Source: Patescibacteria group bacterium
GTDB taxonomy: Bacteria; Patescibacteriota; Patescibacteriia; PEXW01
Length of the DNA: 64,000 bases
Reading direction: 5' to 3'
Assembly: GCA_041665345.1 (NCBI GenBank)
Contig: JBAYJA010000003.1
Coordinates: 39,202 to 103,201, forward strand
Made by a program: the position numbers and the translations under genes. This document shows, in pieces, positions 53,976 through 62,308 of this stretch. Position 1 is the stretch's first letter; every line of letters starts with the position of its first letter. The notes under the pieces were generated by a model that did no database searches, was not told where the DNA came from, and saw only the letters and a list, made by a program, of their open reading frames with translations.

Positions 53976-55877
53976 TCAGTACACCTTCCGCAGGCTAATG
54001 CCGGTGTAGTAGTTGGTGAGAATCCAGTCGTAGGTTTTGCCTTGGTCTTTGGCGTACTTCAAGGCGCCAAAGGCAGACATGCCCACCATGTGGTTTCCCG
54101 AGCCGCCAGTAAGGTAGCTGGTTGGGTAGGGTGGCGTGGTGCAGGTGCCAATGGCATCTGGCACAGTCAGGAGGTACGGAAAGTAGATTTGATCGTAGCC
54201 CCACACTTCAGGGATGCTGCGCGTCCGGCCGTCCGTGCAGGAAGAGTACGCGGCGACAATTGCGCCCACAGTGTTCTTGGGTGACACGGCTGCGCTGTGC
54301 GTGGCGACAATGCCACGTGTCGCAACGACTGCTGCTACCAAGTTTGGCACTTTCAGTTCATACCCATACCCACGGTATACCTGGTCCGTGGTTGCATTGA
54401 TATCGTAGAATTCATCTGCGTGCTTGGTCTGCCGAAGATTGTGGAAGAGCGCGTACGTCCGCGCCGCAACAACCAAACTTTTCATAAATTCGGTTGGACC
54501 AGTATTCCCAGTTTCCGCTAAGCCGCTGACGTACTGCTCCATAAGGAGCTCATTAATCACCCAAACTTTTCCCGTGGCCGGGGTGGAACGAAATTCCAGG
54601 AGGTTGCGGAATTTGTTGTACTGGCCGTTCCAGCTGGTGATGGTGAGAATTGCAGGCGTGGATTTACCGAAGAAACGGTACGGCCCCGTCACCTTCTTGG
54701 TCACCCCGTTGAGCGTGTAGCTGTACGCACCTTGGAGATAGGTGAAGCGGACTATTGTCGCTGCTGGAATTTCTTCCAGCGTTGTGCCGTCCGCGTCGGT
54801 CAGTAGTGCAAGCTGGTCACTGCTCACTTCCACCCAGCCGTCAGACGTCGTGACCACACCCACACGCACGGTTGGCTCAGCAGCCAGCACAGCGCCAGCT
54901 CCTTCTACAACCGGGGCAGGAACAACCACGGTCAGCGTCACCTCGCCATTCACCACGCGGGTCAAGTTTGGAACCACTATTTGCGCGGCTTGGCTAAATT
55001 CACCGTACGCATCTGGTGCCTGCAAGGCAAAGCGGAAGGTCCCCTTCTTGCCGGGTTTCACTTCCCCAGTCGTCAGACGGCCAATGATGGTTTTGGAAAT
55101 CCAATTCGCATGGTAGAACGCGCTGGTTTTTGACGGATCCACCAAAGCCAGAACCACGGCGCCAGGTCCGGAGCGTTTCCAGGTTTGCGTGCCGGTGTTC
55201 GTCACGGTGAAGGAAAACGTTTTTGCCTTGCCTTTGGGCATGGTGAAGGTCGTGTCCGTAGACACGCCACCGCTCATCCGATACTGCGCAGCCTTGGGAT
55301 CGTCTGCTCGCAAGAGGAGTTCAAATGCACCGCCAGGCATCCAGTCCACGCCCTTGATCGCCAGGGAAAATCGCTCTCGATACTCCCCCGCTTTGGTTGG
55401 CGCGCGGAGTTTGAAGCTGAGGCGAACAGTTTCTCCAGGCTTCACATTTTTGGCGAGCTTGGCTGGCCGATTAAAGGCGTTCCAGGATTTGTCGCGGAGT
55501 TTGGTGGCGGTGTTTGGGACGAGTTCAGTTTTCTCCAAACGGACGGGGTTGAGCGCAACGAGATTGTTGCCGTTGGCGAGCCAGGTCTTGGTTCCGGTAT
55601 TCTTCACGTCCACCCAAAAGTCCACGGCGGCTTTGGGTTCCACAAACAGCGCATCGGTGGAACGACGAAGAATTTCCGCGCGGTACGGCGGGGTGACCGG
55701 TTTCTTTGCAGGAGCCGCGTTACTGTACAAGGGCAAGGACAGCCCAGCCATGACAAACAGCGCCCCAAAAATTTGTAGGGCGGGTCGGAAGAAAACGTAA
55801 CGCGGCAGTGCGGGGTACTTTTTCGTTTCCACGCTTGCATCATAGCATGAAAAGTGGTCAAATGTCAATTCGTTCAT
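53976..55877 (-). CDS. SpoIID/LytB domain protein (secreted peptidoglycan-remodelling)
   Basis: C-terminal ...LMEQYVSGLAETGNTGPTEFMKSLVVAARTYAL...YDINATTDQVYRGYGYE...THSAAVSPKNTV...EVWGYDQIYFPYLLTVPD matches SpoIID/LytB. N-terminal TM plus repeated beta-rich domains. The start is uncertain. Confidence 0.8.
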   Translation of the reverse strand: MNELTFDHFSCYDASVETKKYPALPRYVFFRPALQIFGALFVMAGLSLPLYSNAAPAKKPVTPPYRAEILRRSTDALFVEPKAAVDFWVDVKNTGTKTWLANGNNLVALNPVRLEKTELVPNTATKLRDKSWNAFNRPAKLAKNVKPGETVRLSFKLRAPTKAGEYRERFSLAIKGVDWMPGGAFELLLRADDPKAAQYRMSGGVSTDTTFTMPKGKAKTFSFTVTNTGTQTWKRSGPGAVVLALVDPSKTSAFYHANWISKTIIGRLTTGEVKPGKKGTFRFALQAPDAYGEFSQAAQIVVPNLTRVVNGEVTLTVVVPAPVVEGAGAVLAAEPTVRVGVVTTSDGWVEVSSDQLALLTDADGTTLEEIPAATIVRFTYLQGAYSYTLNGVTKKVTGPYRFFGKSTPAILTITSWNGQYNKFRNLLEFRSTPATGKVWVINELLMEQYVSGLAETGNTGPTEFMKSLVVAARTYALFHNLRQTKHADEFYDINATTDQVYRGYGYELKVPNLVAAVVATRGIVATHSAAVSPKNTVGAIVAAYSSCTDGRTRSIPEVWGYDQIYFPYLLTVPDAIGTCTTPPYPTSYLTGGSGNHMVGMSAFGALKYAKDQGKTYDWILTNYYTGISLRKVY

Positions 55878-55903
55878 CAGAATGATTATGCTAGTGTACT
55901 AGT

Positions 55904-57334
55904 ATGTCACTCACCAAGGCTTTAGTCTGGAATTCAGGCGTGCAAGTAGCTGGGAAAGCTGCGAGTACGGCTTTGGGTTTTGTGGTTATTGCCCTGGTGG
56001 CGCGGGCGCTGGGACCCACCGGCGCCGGGCACTACTACACCGCCCTGGCCTTCCTGCAAATTATTGGCGTGCTGGCAGACCTGGGGCTGTACATCGTGCT
56101 CATCAAGAAACTGGCTGAAGATCCAACCAATGCCGATGCTTGGGCCAGCACTGCATTTACGCTTCGGCTCATTACTGCTGCGGCCATTCTCATCATCGCA
56201 CCGGCGGTGGGTGCGCTGACCAGCTACCCGGGTGACGTGAAAGTTGGCATTGCCATTGGCGCCTTCTCCACCTTCGCCATTGTGGTGAACCAAGTCCTGG
56301 TGGGGATTTTCCAACGTGGATTGCAAATGGGTCGGGTGGTCATTGCAGAAATTGTTGGACGGGTGGTTCTCCTGGGCGCCACACTCGTGGTGGCAGCAAC
56401 CCACCCAACCGTGCCGTGGGTGCTGGGTGCGGTGGCTATTGGCGCGCTGGCGAATCTCGGTTTCAGCTTCTGGTTTAGCCGCGGACTTGTTCGCATCCGC
56501 CTGGTGTGGGACCGCGTGCGGACAATAACTATCATACGTGAAGGCTGGCCCATTGCACTGTCCGTTGGCTTCAACCTCATTTACTTTAAAACGGACATGC
56601 TGGTTCTAGCTGCGACGCACCCGGCCAGTGATGCAGGTCTGTACGGCCAGGCCAATAAAGTGCTGGAAGTGCTGGCGACCTTCCCGGCCATGCTCGCTGG
56701 TCTGCTCACTCCCATCCTCGCCAATGCTTTTGCCAGCCACGACCGTGAACGTTTTCGGTCCATTCTCCAACGCGCTGTCGATGGTTTGGCGCTCCTGGCA
56801 TTGCCGCTGGCCGTGGGCACGCCGTTTGTCGCCGTCCAAGTGATGCGGCTGTCTGGCGGTGAAGAGTTCACTGCCGCATCGGGTGCCCTCACTGCACTGA
56901 TGGTTGCCACGGCTGTCATTTTCTTTGGGAACTTGTTTGCGAATACCGTGGTGGCAGTTGGGCAGCAGCGCCGCATGCTCTGGGGGTACATGGCCGTGGC
57001 CATGGGCGCGCTCGTTGCGTACCTGCTGGCCATTCCGGCAGCGGGCATGATGGCGGGCGCGTACATCCGGGTGGCAAGTGAAGTGGCAATCACCGTGGTG
57101 GCAGTCATTCTGGTCTTCCGCACGGTTCGGATTCGTTTGGATCTTCGGGCGTGCTTTCGCATTGCGTTAGCCTGCGCAGCCATGGCATTGGTGCTGTGGG
57201 TGACGCCAACCTGGCTCCTCCTCCCCCGCCTGAGCATTGCGGTTGCGGTCTACGGCATTGCGCTCCTCCTGCTGCGCGCCATCCCTTCAGAACTCTTAGG
57301 CTCGTACCTCAAACGTTTTGCGTATGCGCGTTAG
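55904..57334 (+). CDS. polysaccharide biosynthesis protein / Wzx-like flippase (MOP superfamily)
   Basis: 476 aa, about 12-14 TM segments, N-terminal ...KAASTALGFVVIALVARALGPTGAGHYY... typical of PST-family flippases. Confidence 0.75.
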   Translation: MSLTKALVWNSGVQVAGKAASTALGFVVIALVARALGPTGAGHYYTALAFLQIIGVLADLGLYIVLIKKLAEDPTNADAWASTAFTLRLITAAAILIIAPAVGALTSYPGDVKVGIAIGAFSTFAIVVNQVLVGIFQRGLQMGRVVIAEIVGRVVLLGATLVVAATHPTVPWVLGAVAIGALANLGFSFWFSRGLVRIRLVWDRVRTITIIREGWPIALSVGFNLIYFKTDMLVLAATHPASDAGLYGQANKVLEVLATFPAMLAGLLTPILANAFASHDRERFRSILQRAVDGLALLALPLAVGTPFVAVQVMRLSGGEEFTAASGALTALMVATAVIFFGNLFANTVVAVGQQRRMLWGYMAVAMGALVAYLLAIPAAGMMAGAYIRVASEVAITVVAVILVFRTVRIRLDLRACFRIALACAAMALVLWVTPTWLLLPRLSIAVAVYGIALLLLRAIPSELLGSYLKRFAYAR

Positions 57335-58391
57335 CATTGATTGCCAAGCACTGGCTGGGAAGCAAACGGGCTTTGGGACGTACCTGAGTCAGTTGCTGCC
57401 AGCCTTGCGACACGTTGCAGGTCCAGACGATGTCTTTCAGGAAATACGTTCCATTGTGAAAGACTTGCGTACGCCCAGCCGGATGTTCTGGGATCAGGTA
57501 CGACTTCCTCTGGTGGCCATGCGCCAGCGACCAGACGTGCTCTTTGTTCCGGCATTTACCGCCCCCCTGCTGTGGCGAGGAAAATTAGTGGTCACGTGCC
57601 ACGATGTGATTGGCATGATTTTTCCACAGTACTTTTCCAAGAGCGCGCAGCTGTACTGGAAGACCCTGCTCCCGGCAAGCTTACGACATGCGGACCATGT
57701 GCTTACGGTGTCCACGGCGAGCAAGCGGGATATTGTCCGCTTGGTTGGGATTCCTGAGTCACGCATTACGGTCACTCCCCTGGCGGCAAAAAAAGTATTC
57801 CAGCCGCAATCCAACCCCGCATTGCTGACGCAGGTGCGGAGGACGTACAACCTGCCCCGCCCATTCTGCCTGGCTGTGGGTACCATAGAACCCCGCAAGA
57901 ATCTCCCGTTTCTCATTGAAACCTTTGCCACGGCCAAGCGGGAGAGCCATGATTTGGTCATCGTGGGCAAGCGAGGGTGGGACGCACCGCAAGTGGACCA
58001 GCGTATCCGGCAATTGCACTTAGGTGACCGGGTGCACATTCTGGAGTACGTCGCGGAAGCTGAGGTGGTGCAGCTCATGGCCGGGGCCACGGCACTGCTC
58101 TTCCCCTCGCGCTACGAAGGCTTTGGGTTGCCTGTTTTGGAGGCCATGGCTAGTGGGACGCCAGTGGTTGCAAGTACGTCCTCTTCCATTCCTGAAGTTG
58201 CGGGTGATGCAGTGCTGTACGCTGATCCATCGGACATGGACGCTTGGCGGAGTCACATTGGTAACGTCATTAACGACAGTTTCCTGCGAGCGAAACTTCG
58301 GGCCAACGGCTTGCAGCGTGCCAAGCAGTTTACCTGGGAGAACACGGCGCAGCGTACCCTCGCCGTTTTCCATACCGTATGCAAAGTGTAG
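57318..58391 (+). CDS. glycosyltransferase family 4 (GT-B, group 1)
   Basis: EGFGLPVLEAMASGTPVVAS...PEVAGDAVLY is the E-X7-E motif region. Confidence 0.85.
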   Translation: MRMRVSIDCQALAGKQTGFGTYLSQLLPALRHVAGPDDVFQEIRSIVKDLRTPSRMFWDQVRLPLVAMRQRPDVLFVPAFTAPLLWRGKLVVTCHDVIGMIFPQYFSKSAQLYWKTLLPASLRHADHVLTVSTASKRDIVRLVGIPESRITVTPLAAKKVFQPQSNPALLTQVRRTYNLPRPFCLAVGTIEPRKNLPFLIETFATAKRESHDLVIVGKRGWDAPQVDQRIRQLHLGDRVHILEYVAEAEVVQLMAGATALLFPSRYEGFGLPVLEAMASGTPVVASTSSSIPEVAGDAVLYADPSDMDAWRSHIGNVINDSFLRAKLRANGLQRAKQFTWENTAQRTLAVFHTVCKV

Positions 58392-59809
58392 GCATCACCT
58401 GGTCACGTGGGCGCGTATGGCTGCTTGCCAGCGTTGCGCTGGTGCTCAGCTTGCCCATTGCCTGGGCAGCCAGCCGCGAACCACTCTTGGTTCTGGGGGG
58501 CATTGTGGGAATGCTAGCTTTGGGCGTGTGCATTGCTCGGCCGTGGTGGGGCATGCTTGGGGTGATTTTCCTTTTGCCGTTTGAACGCATTGGCTCCATT
58601 GATCTGGTTGGTATCACCATTCGGCCCAGTCAAGTGTTGGCTGTGTGCGTTTTGGTGGCCTGGCTGGTTCGGGTCATGGTGCGCGGGCGGCTGCGCTGGG
58701 AAGCGCAGCCCTTGCTGTGGCCCATGCTTGTCTTCTTGGCGGTGCAGGCAATTGCGCTGACGCACGTAGCGAATTCCACGCGGGGCATTGCCGTCTTTGC
58801 CTTTACCGCCTTCACCTTTGCGGTGTGCTTGGTGGTGCCACAGCTCGTGCGCTCCGAAGCGCACGCCCGCGCCGTCATTCTTACCCTGTCCATCAGCACG
58901 TTCTTGGTAGCGGGCTTTGGGTTGTTCCAATTCCTGGGTGATTTTGCGGGTTTACCAACATCGGTGACTGGTCTGCGCGACCTCTACACGAAAGCCGTGT
59001 TGGGTTTCCCCCGCGTGCAATCCACAGCATTGGAGCCGTTGTACTTTGCAAACTTCCTCCTGCTCCCGCTCTCCTTCCTCACGGCGCTCCTCTTTGGGCG
59101 GGAAGCACGCCGGGGTTTGTTGGGCATTCCCCTGCTCCTCATCGCTGGGCTGGCCTTCGTACTCACCGTGGCGCGGGGTGGGTACATTGCATTCGCCGCT
59201 TCCCTCATAGTCATCCTCGCCTTGTCCTGGCGCCAGCTGCTTCACCCTGGACGCATCCTGGCATTTGGCGCAGGCGCAGTGGTCATTGGCGTTTTTGCTT
59301 TGCAACTGTTGAACCTGGGGACCGATGCGTTTTCCGCACAGAAGTTTTCTGACCATGTTCGCAACCTTTTCACCGGTGCGTCATACGAAGAACGCATTGA
59401 TACGTTTACCTTGGCACAGCAAGCGTTCCGCGAGCAGCCGCTGGTGGGTATTGGCCCCGGGCAGTTTGGCCCGTACGCATCCATCAATCCGTTCTACCAA
59501 CCCAAAGACGGCTGGAAAATTGTGAACAATCTCAGCTTAGAATTGCTGGCCGAAACTGGGCTGCTTGGAACATTTGCAATTGCTAGTGCGTTCCTTATTC
59601 TGCTGATCAGAAGTGTACGCGCTTTGCGTGCTAAGCCACAGCCCTACGTCCGAGCATTGATTGTGGGTGGGACAGCGGTGGTTGTTGGCATCATGGTGCA
59701 GTACCAAACGTTTTCCATTCTCTACATCATGCACGTGTGGGTAGCGATTGGTTTGCTTATAGCGTTCCAAAATCTCGCATTGCGTAAACCAGCTGTCCCC
59801 AATGTCTGA
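58379..59809 (+). CDS. O-antigen ligase/polymerase (Wzy_C)-like membrane protein
   Basis: Polytopic membrane protein. ...LTVARGGYIAFAASLIV... central periplasmic loop typical of the Wzy_C family. Confidence 0.65.
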   Translation: MQSVGITWSRGRVWLLASVALVLSLPIAWAASREPLLVLGGIVGMLALGVCIARPWWGMLGVIFLLPFERIGSIDLVGITIRPSQVLAVCVLVAWLVRVMVRGRLRWEAQPLLWPMLVFLAVQAIALTHVANSTRGIAVFAFTAFTFAVCLVVPQLVRSEAHARAVILTLSISTFLVAGFGLFQFLGDFAGLPTSVTGLRDLYTKAVLGFPRVQSTALEPLYFANFLLLPLSFLTALLFGREARRGLLGIPLLLIAGLAFVLTVARGGYIAFAASLIVILALSWRQLLHPGRILAFGAGAVVIGVFALQLLNLGTDAFSAQKFSDHVRNLFTGASYEERIDTFTLAQQAFREQPLVGIGPGQFGPYASINPFYQPKDGWKIVNNLSLELLAETGLLGTFAIASAFLILLIRSVRALRAKPQPYVRALIVGGTAVVVGIMVQYQTFSILYIMHVWVAIGLLIAFQNLALRKPAVPNV

Positions 59810-61070
59810 TTGGTTCCTTCTGGGATTCATTGTGCTGAGCCTGACTGCAGGCGCGGTTGCTTGGTGGCGACCACAAGCTGGTGCACTCCTGCTAGTGCTC
59901 GCCTTGCCAGCGTACCAAGTTCGGGGAAGCATCTTCCACCTACCAACAACCTTGCTTGAGGGTATGCTTTTGCTTGCAGTTGCTGGTGCAGTGCTGCACT
60001 GGTGGTCTGGCCGGTCGCCCTGGCCGCGGATACCTAGCACCTGGTTGGTTTTTGCCGGTTTGTGGCTGGGCGTTGGGGTGGTGGGAGTGCTGGCCGCCCC
60101 AGATCACTGGCAGGCATTGGGGTTGTGGCGGGCGTACTTTCTGGAACCACTACTGACCATCCCCCTCTGGTGGTCGGTTGCTTCTTCGGAGGTTTGGCGC
60201 ATTCGGCTGCTCAATTTGGTTGCAGTGCAACTTGTGGTGATCGGTAGCATTGCTGTGCTGCAGCGATTGGGCTGGGTGTGGAGCCCAAGCCCCTGGATCG
60301 AGGAAAGTCCAGCACGCGTCACCAGCTGGTTTGCGTACCCCAATGCTGCGGCACTCTACGTCGCGCCACTCACTGCCTACCTTTTTGGCGCGGCAATCCG
60401 CTTACGAGAGCGCATTTCGGTGGTTCATTCCAGCCTGTGGATAACTGCCGCACTTTTTGGCTTTTTCACCTGTTTCTTGGTCTACTCGCGCGGCGCACTC
60501 TTCGCCCTTGGGGTTGGGATTGTCCTGACCAGCTTTTGGGCAGCACATCGGAAGCGTTGGTGGACGGTCATCGCGCTGGTCATCGTCGTTGGCTTGCTGC
60601 TCCCCGCAACGCGCCAGGTAGTAACCAAAGTTTTGACCAAGCAAGACACTTCCACCGACGTGCGGTCTGTCCTCTGGCAAGGGACGTGGCGTGTGGTGCG
60701 TGCCGAACCAATTTCCGGCGCTGGCTTGGGCGGGTTTCCCGTTGCGTACCAGAAGTACAAGCTCCCACAGCACATTGAATTTTTGCAGTACCCGCACAAT
60801 GCACTCCTGAATGTATGGACTGAACTTGGGATACTGGGCGTCGTGGCGAGCTGCATAGGCGTTTTCGGGCTTGGTGTAGCCCTTTTTCGGGGCTTGCGCA
60901 GGCGGGATCCGTGGGCAGTACCTGCACTCATTGCGTGGAGCGTGCTGCTCATCCATGGAATGATTGATGTACCGTACTTCAAAAATGATTTGGCAGTTCT
61001 GGCAGTGCTCCTGGCTGCACTGACGGTGTGTGCGCCAACCGGAGAAAACAAAAACGTCGTTCGCCACTGA
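59802..61070 (+). CDS. O-antigen ligase/polymerase (Wzy_C)-like membrane protein (second copy)
   Basis: ...LVYSRGALFALGVGIVL.... About 10 TM segments. Overlaps the previous gene by 8 nt. Confidence 0.65.
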   Translation: MSDWFLLGFIVLSLTAGAVAWWRPQAGALLLVLALPAYQVRGSIFHLPTTLLEGMLLLAVAGAVLHWWSGRSPWPRIPSTWLVFAGLWLGVGVVGVLAAPDHWQALGLWRAYFLEPLLTIPLWWSVASSEVWRIRLLNLVAVQLVVIGSIAVLQRLGWVWSPSPWIEESPARVTSWFAYPNAAALYVAPLTAYLFGAAIRLRERISVVHSSLWITAALFGFFTCFLVYSRGALFALGVGIVLTSFWAAHRKRWWTVIALVIVVGLLLPATRQVVTKVLTKQDTSTDVRSVLWQGTWRVVRAEPISGAGLGGFPVAYQKYKLPQHIEFLQYPHNALLNVWTELGILGVVASCIGVFGLGVALFRGLRRRDPWAVPALIAWSVLLIHGMIDVPYFKNDLAVLAVLLAALTVCAPTGENKNVVRH

Positions 61071-61138
61071 TCGGCTACGACGTCCTTGCTGTCTCAGCAG
61101 TGCGCACAGGGTGCGACTGCTGAGGAAGAGAAACGCGT

Positions 61139-61216
61139 TTAGCGCTTCTTTTTCTTTTTTGCAACTTTCTTTTTCTTTGTTGCTTTCTTGGTCTTCTTTA
61201 CCTTTTTCTTTGCCAT
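61139..61216 (-). CDS. candidate 25-aa lysine-rich small protein MAKKKVKKTKKATKKKKVAKKKKKR
   Basis: ATG at 61216 on the minus strand, preceded by AGGAGGTG 7 nt upstream. TTGACT-N17-TTTTAT promoter-like site upstream. A hairpin (61097-61125) lies downstream. Below the 60-aa threshold of the ORF track. Confidence 0.35.
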   Translation of the reverse strand: MAKKKVKKTKKATKKKKVAKKKKKR

Positions 61217-61345
61217 GGTGGTCGCACCTCCTTCCAATAAAAGCGTTAGTGACTATGAAAGTCAACGCTCACTCGAACGTGCAGACAGTGTAGCACAAAA
61301 AAACGTACTGCACAATGAAGTGCATGAAGTGTCAAGCAAAATGTA

Positions 61346-62143
61346 TTACCAGGGATGAGGTGCTCGTTCTCTTTCGGTGAAAAAAGTGTAAAAACCAACT
61401 GCAGCAAGTACCTCCACTACCCCGACGAAAAAAAATTCTTCATATGGAATTCCGGGAGTGCCGAAAAAAGTGAGCTTTTGGATTGCGTAGTTTCCGTGAA
61501 ACAGCCACTGTCCCAGGAAGGTCTCGGTGTATTCAAGGAGGAACGTCAGGAAGAGAAAATAGACGATAAGGTAGCCTACTTTTGCGTATGCGCGCCAGAA
61601 GCGCATCATGAGTATAGCCGTTGGAATGCCAGCGAACGTGAGGCCGAGCGTAAGATAGGCAAACGAACCGTGCCACACAAACAGTTCCGGGTACACCGTG
61701 CTGCTCATACAAAAGACAGCCAAGCCAATTGCTGCTATTGCGCAGAAGTAGAGAAGTTTTCGAGGCGCTAGTTTGTCTTGCGCCTTGTTTGAAAAAAATG
61801 TGTAGCAGGTAATTATGGTGTAGACTCCACAGGCCATCCAAACAAAATCTTCCAAAGGAATCACACCGTAGATTCGCCAGGGTAGGAATGTATGCGGAAC
61901 ATACCACAGATTGCTTACGGTTCCAATATAGTCAACGACAAATGCAAACGGGAATGGGATCAGTAACGCAAAAGTTGCGTGTTGCGCAGCTTGACGCCAA
62001 TTTGCCTTGCGCAAGGTGAGGTACAATCCAGGAACAAGGTACATGAGTATGACATTTGTGAAAAATGAAAGTTCGTAGTGAATCGCGAAAAAACATCCGA
62101 GGACGGGGAGTAGTAGCAGCATGAGTATCGTCACAGGTTGCAT
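61346..62143 (-). CDS. lycopene cyclase domain-containing membrane protein (CrtYcd-like fold, function unclear)
   Basis: 7-TM protein with two PxEE-type motifs (GVIPLEDFVW, GIPYEEFFFV) characteristic of the lycopene cyclase domain family. Confidence 0.45.
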   Translation of the reverse strand: MQPVTILMLLLLPVLGCFFAIHYELSFFTNVILMYLVPGLYLTLRKANWRQAAQHATFALLIPFPFAFVVDYIGTVSNLWYVPHTFLPWRIYGVIPLEDFVWMACGVYTIITCYTFFSNKAQDKLAPRKLLYFCAIAAIGLAVFCMSSTVYPELFVWHGSFAYLTLGLTFAGIPTAILMMRFWRAYAKVGYLIVYFLFLTFLLEYTETFLGQWLFHGNYAIQKLTFFGTPGIPYEEFFFVGVVEVLAAVGFYTFFTERERAPHPW

Positions 62144-62253
62144 GTGCGTAGCTCTTACTCTAGATTTTCGTCATTTTCCTCTCGACCAGGAGGGTTTTGT
62201 TCGTCTCATTCATACAGTCATTTCTTCATGTAGTATACCCGTTGATCGTTGAA

Positions 62254-62286
62254 AGAAAAAGCAGAGGAACGAATAATGTTCGTTCC
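62254..62286 (-). terminator. rho-independent terminator for bipA
   Basis: ggaacgaa taatg ttcgttcc perfect 8-bp stem with an A-run upstream on plus. It lies 22 nt past the bipA stop. Confidence 0.6.
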
Positions 62287-62308
62287 CCTCTCGTCGTTCT
62301 TGAAGATG

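Noticed and set aside
56581-57237. 218-aa minus-strand ORF antisense to the flippase gene and 287-aa ORF 60402-61265 antisense to the O-antigen ligase gene
   Set aside because: Antisense to strongly supported membrane-protein genes. Arg/Ala/Ser-rich low-complexity products.
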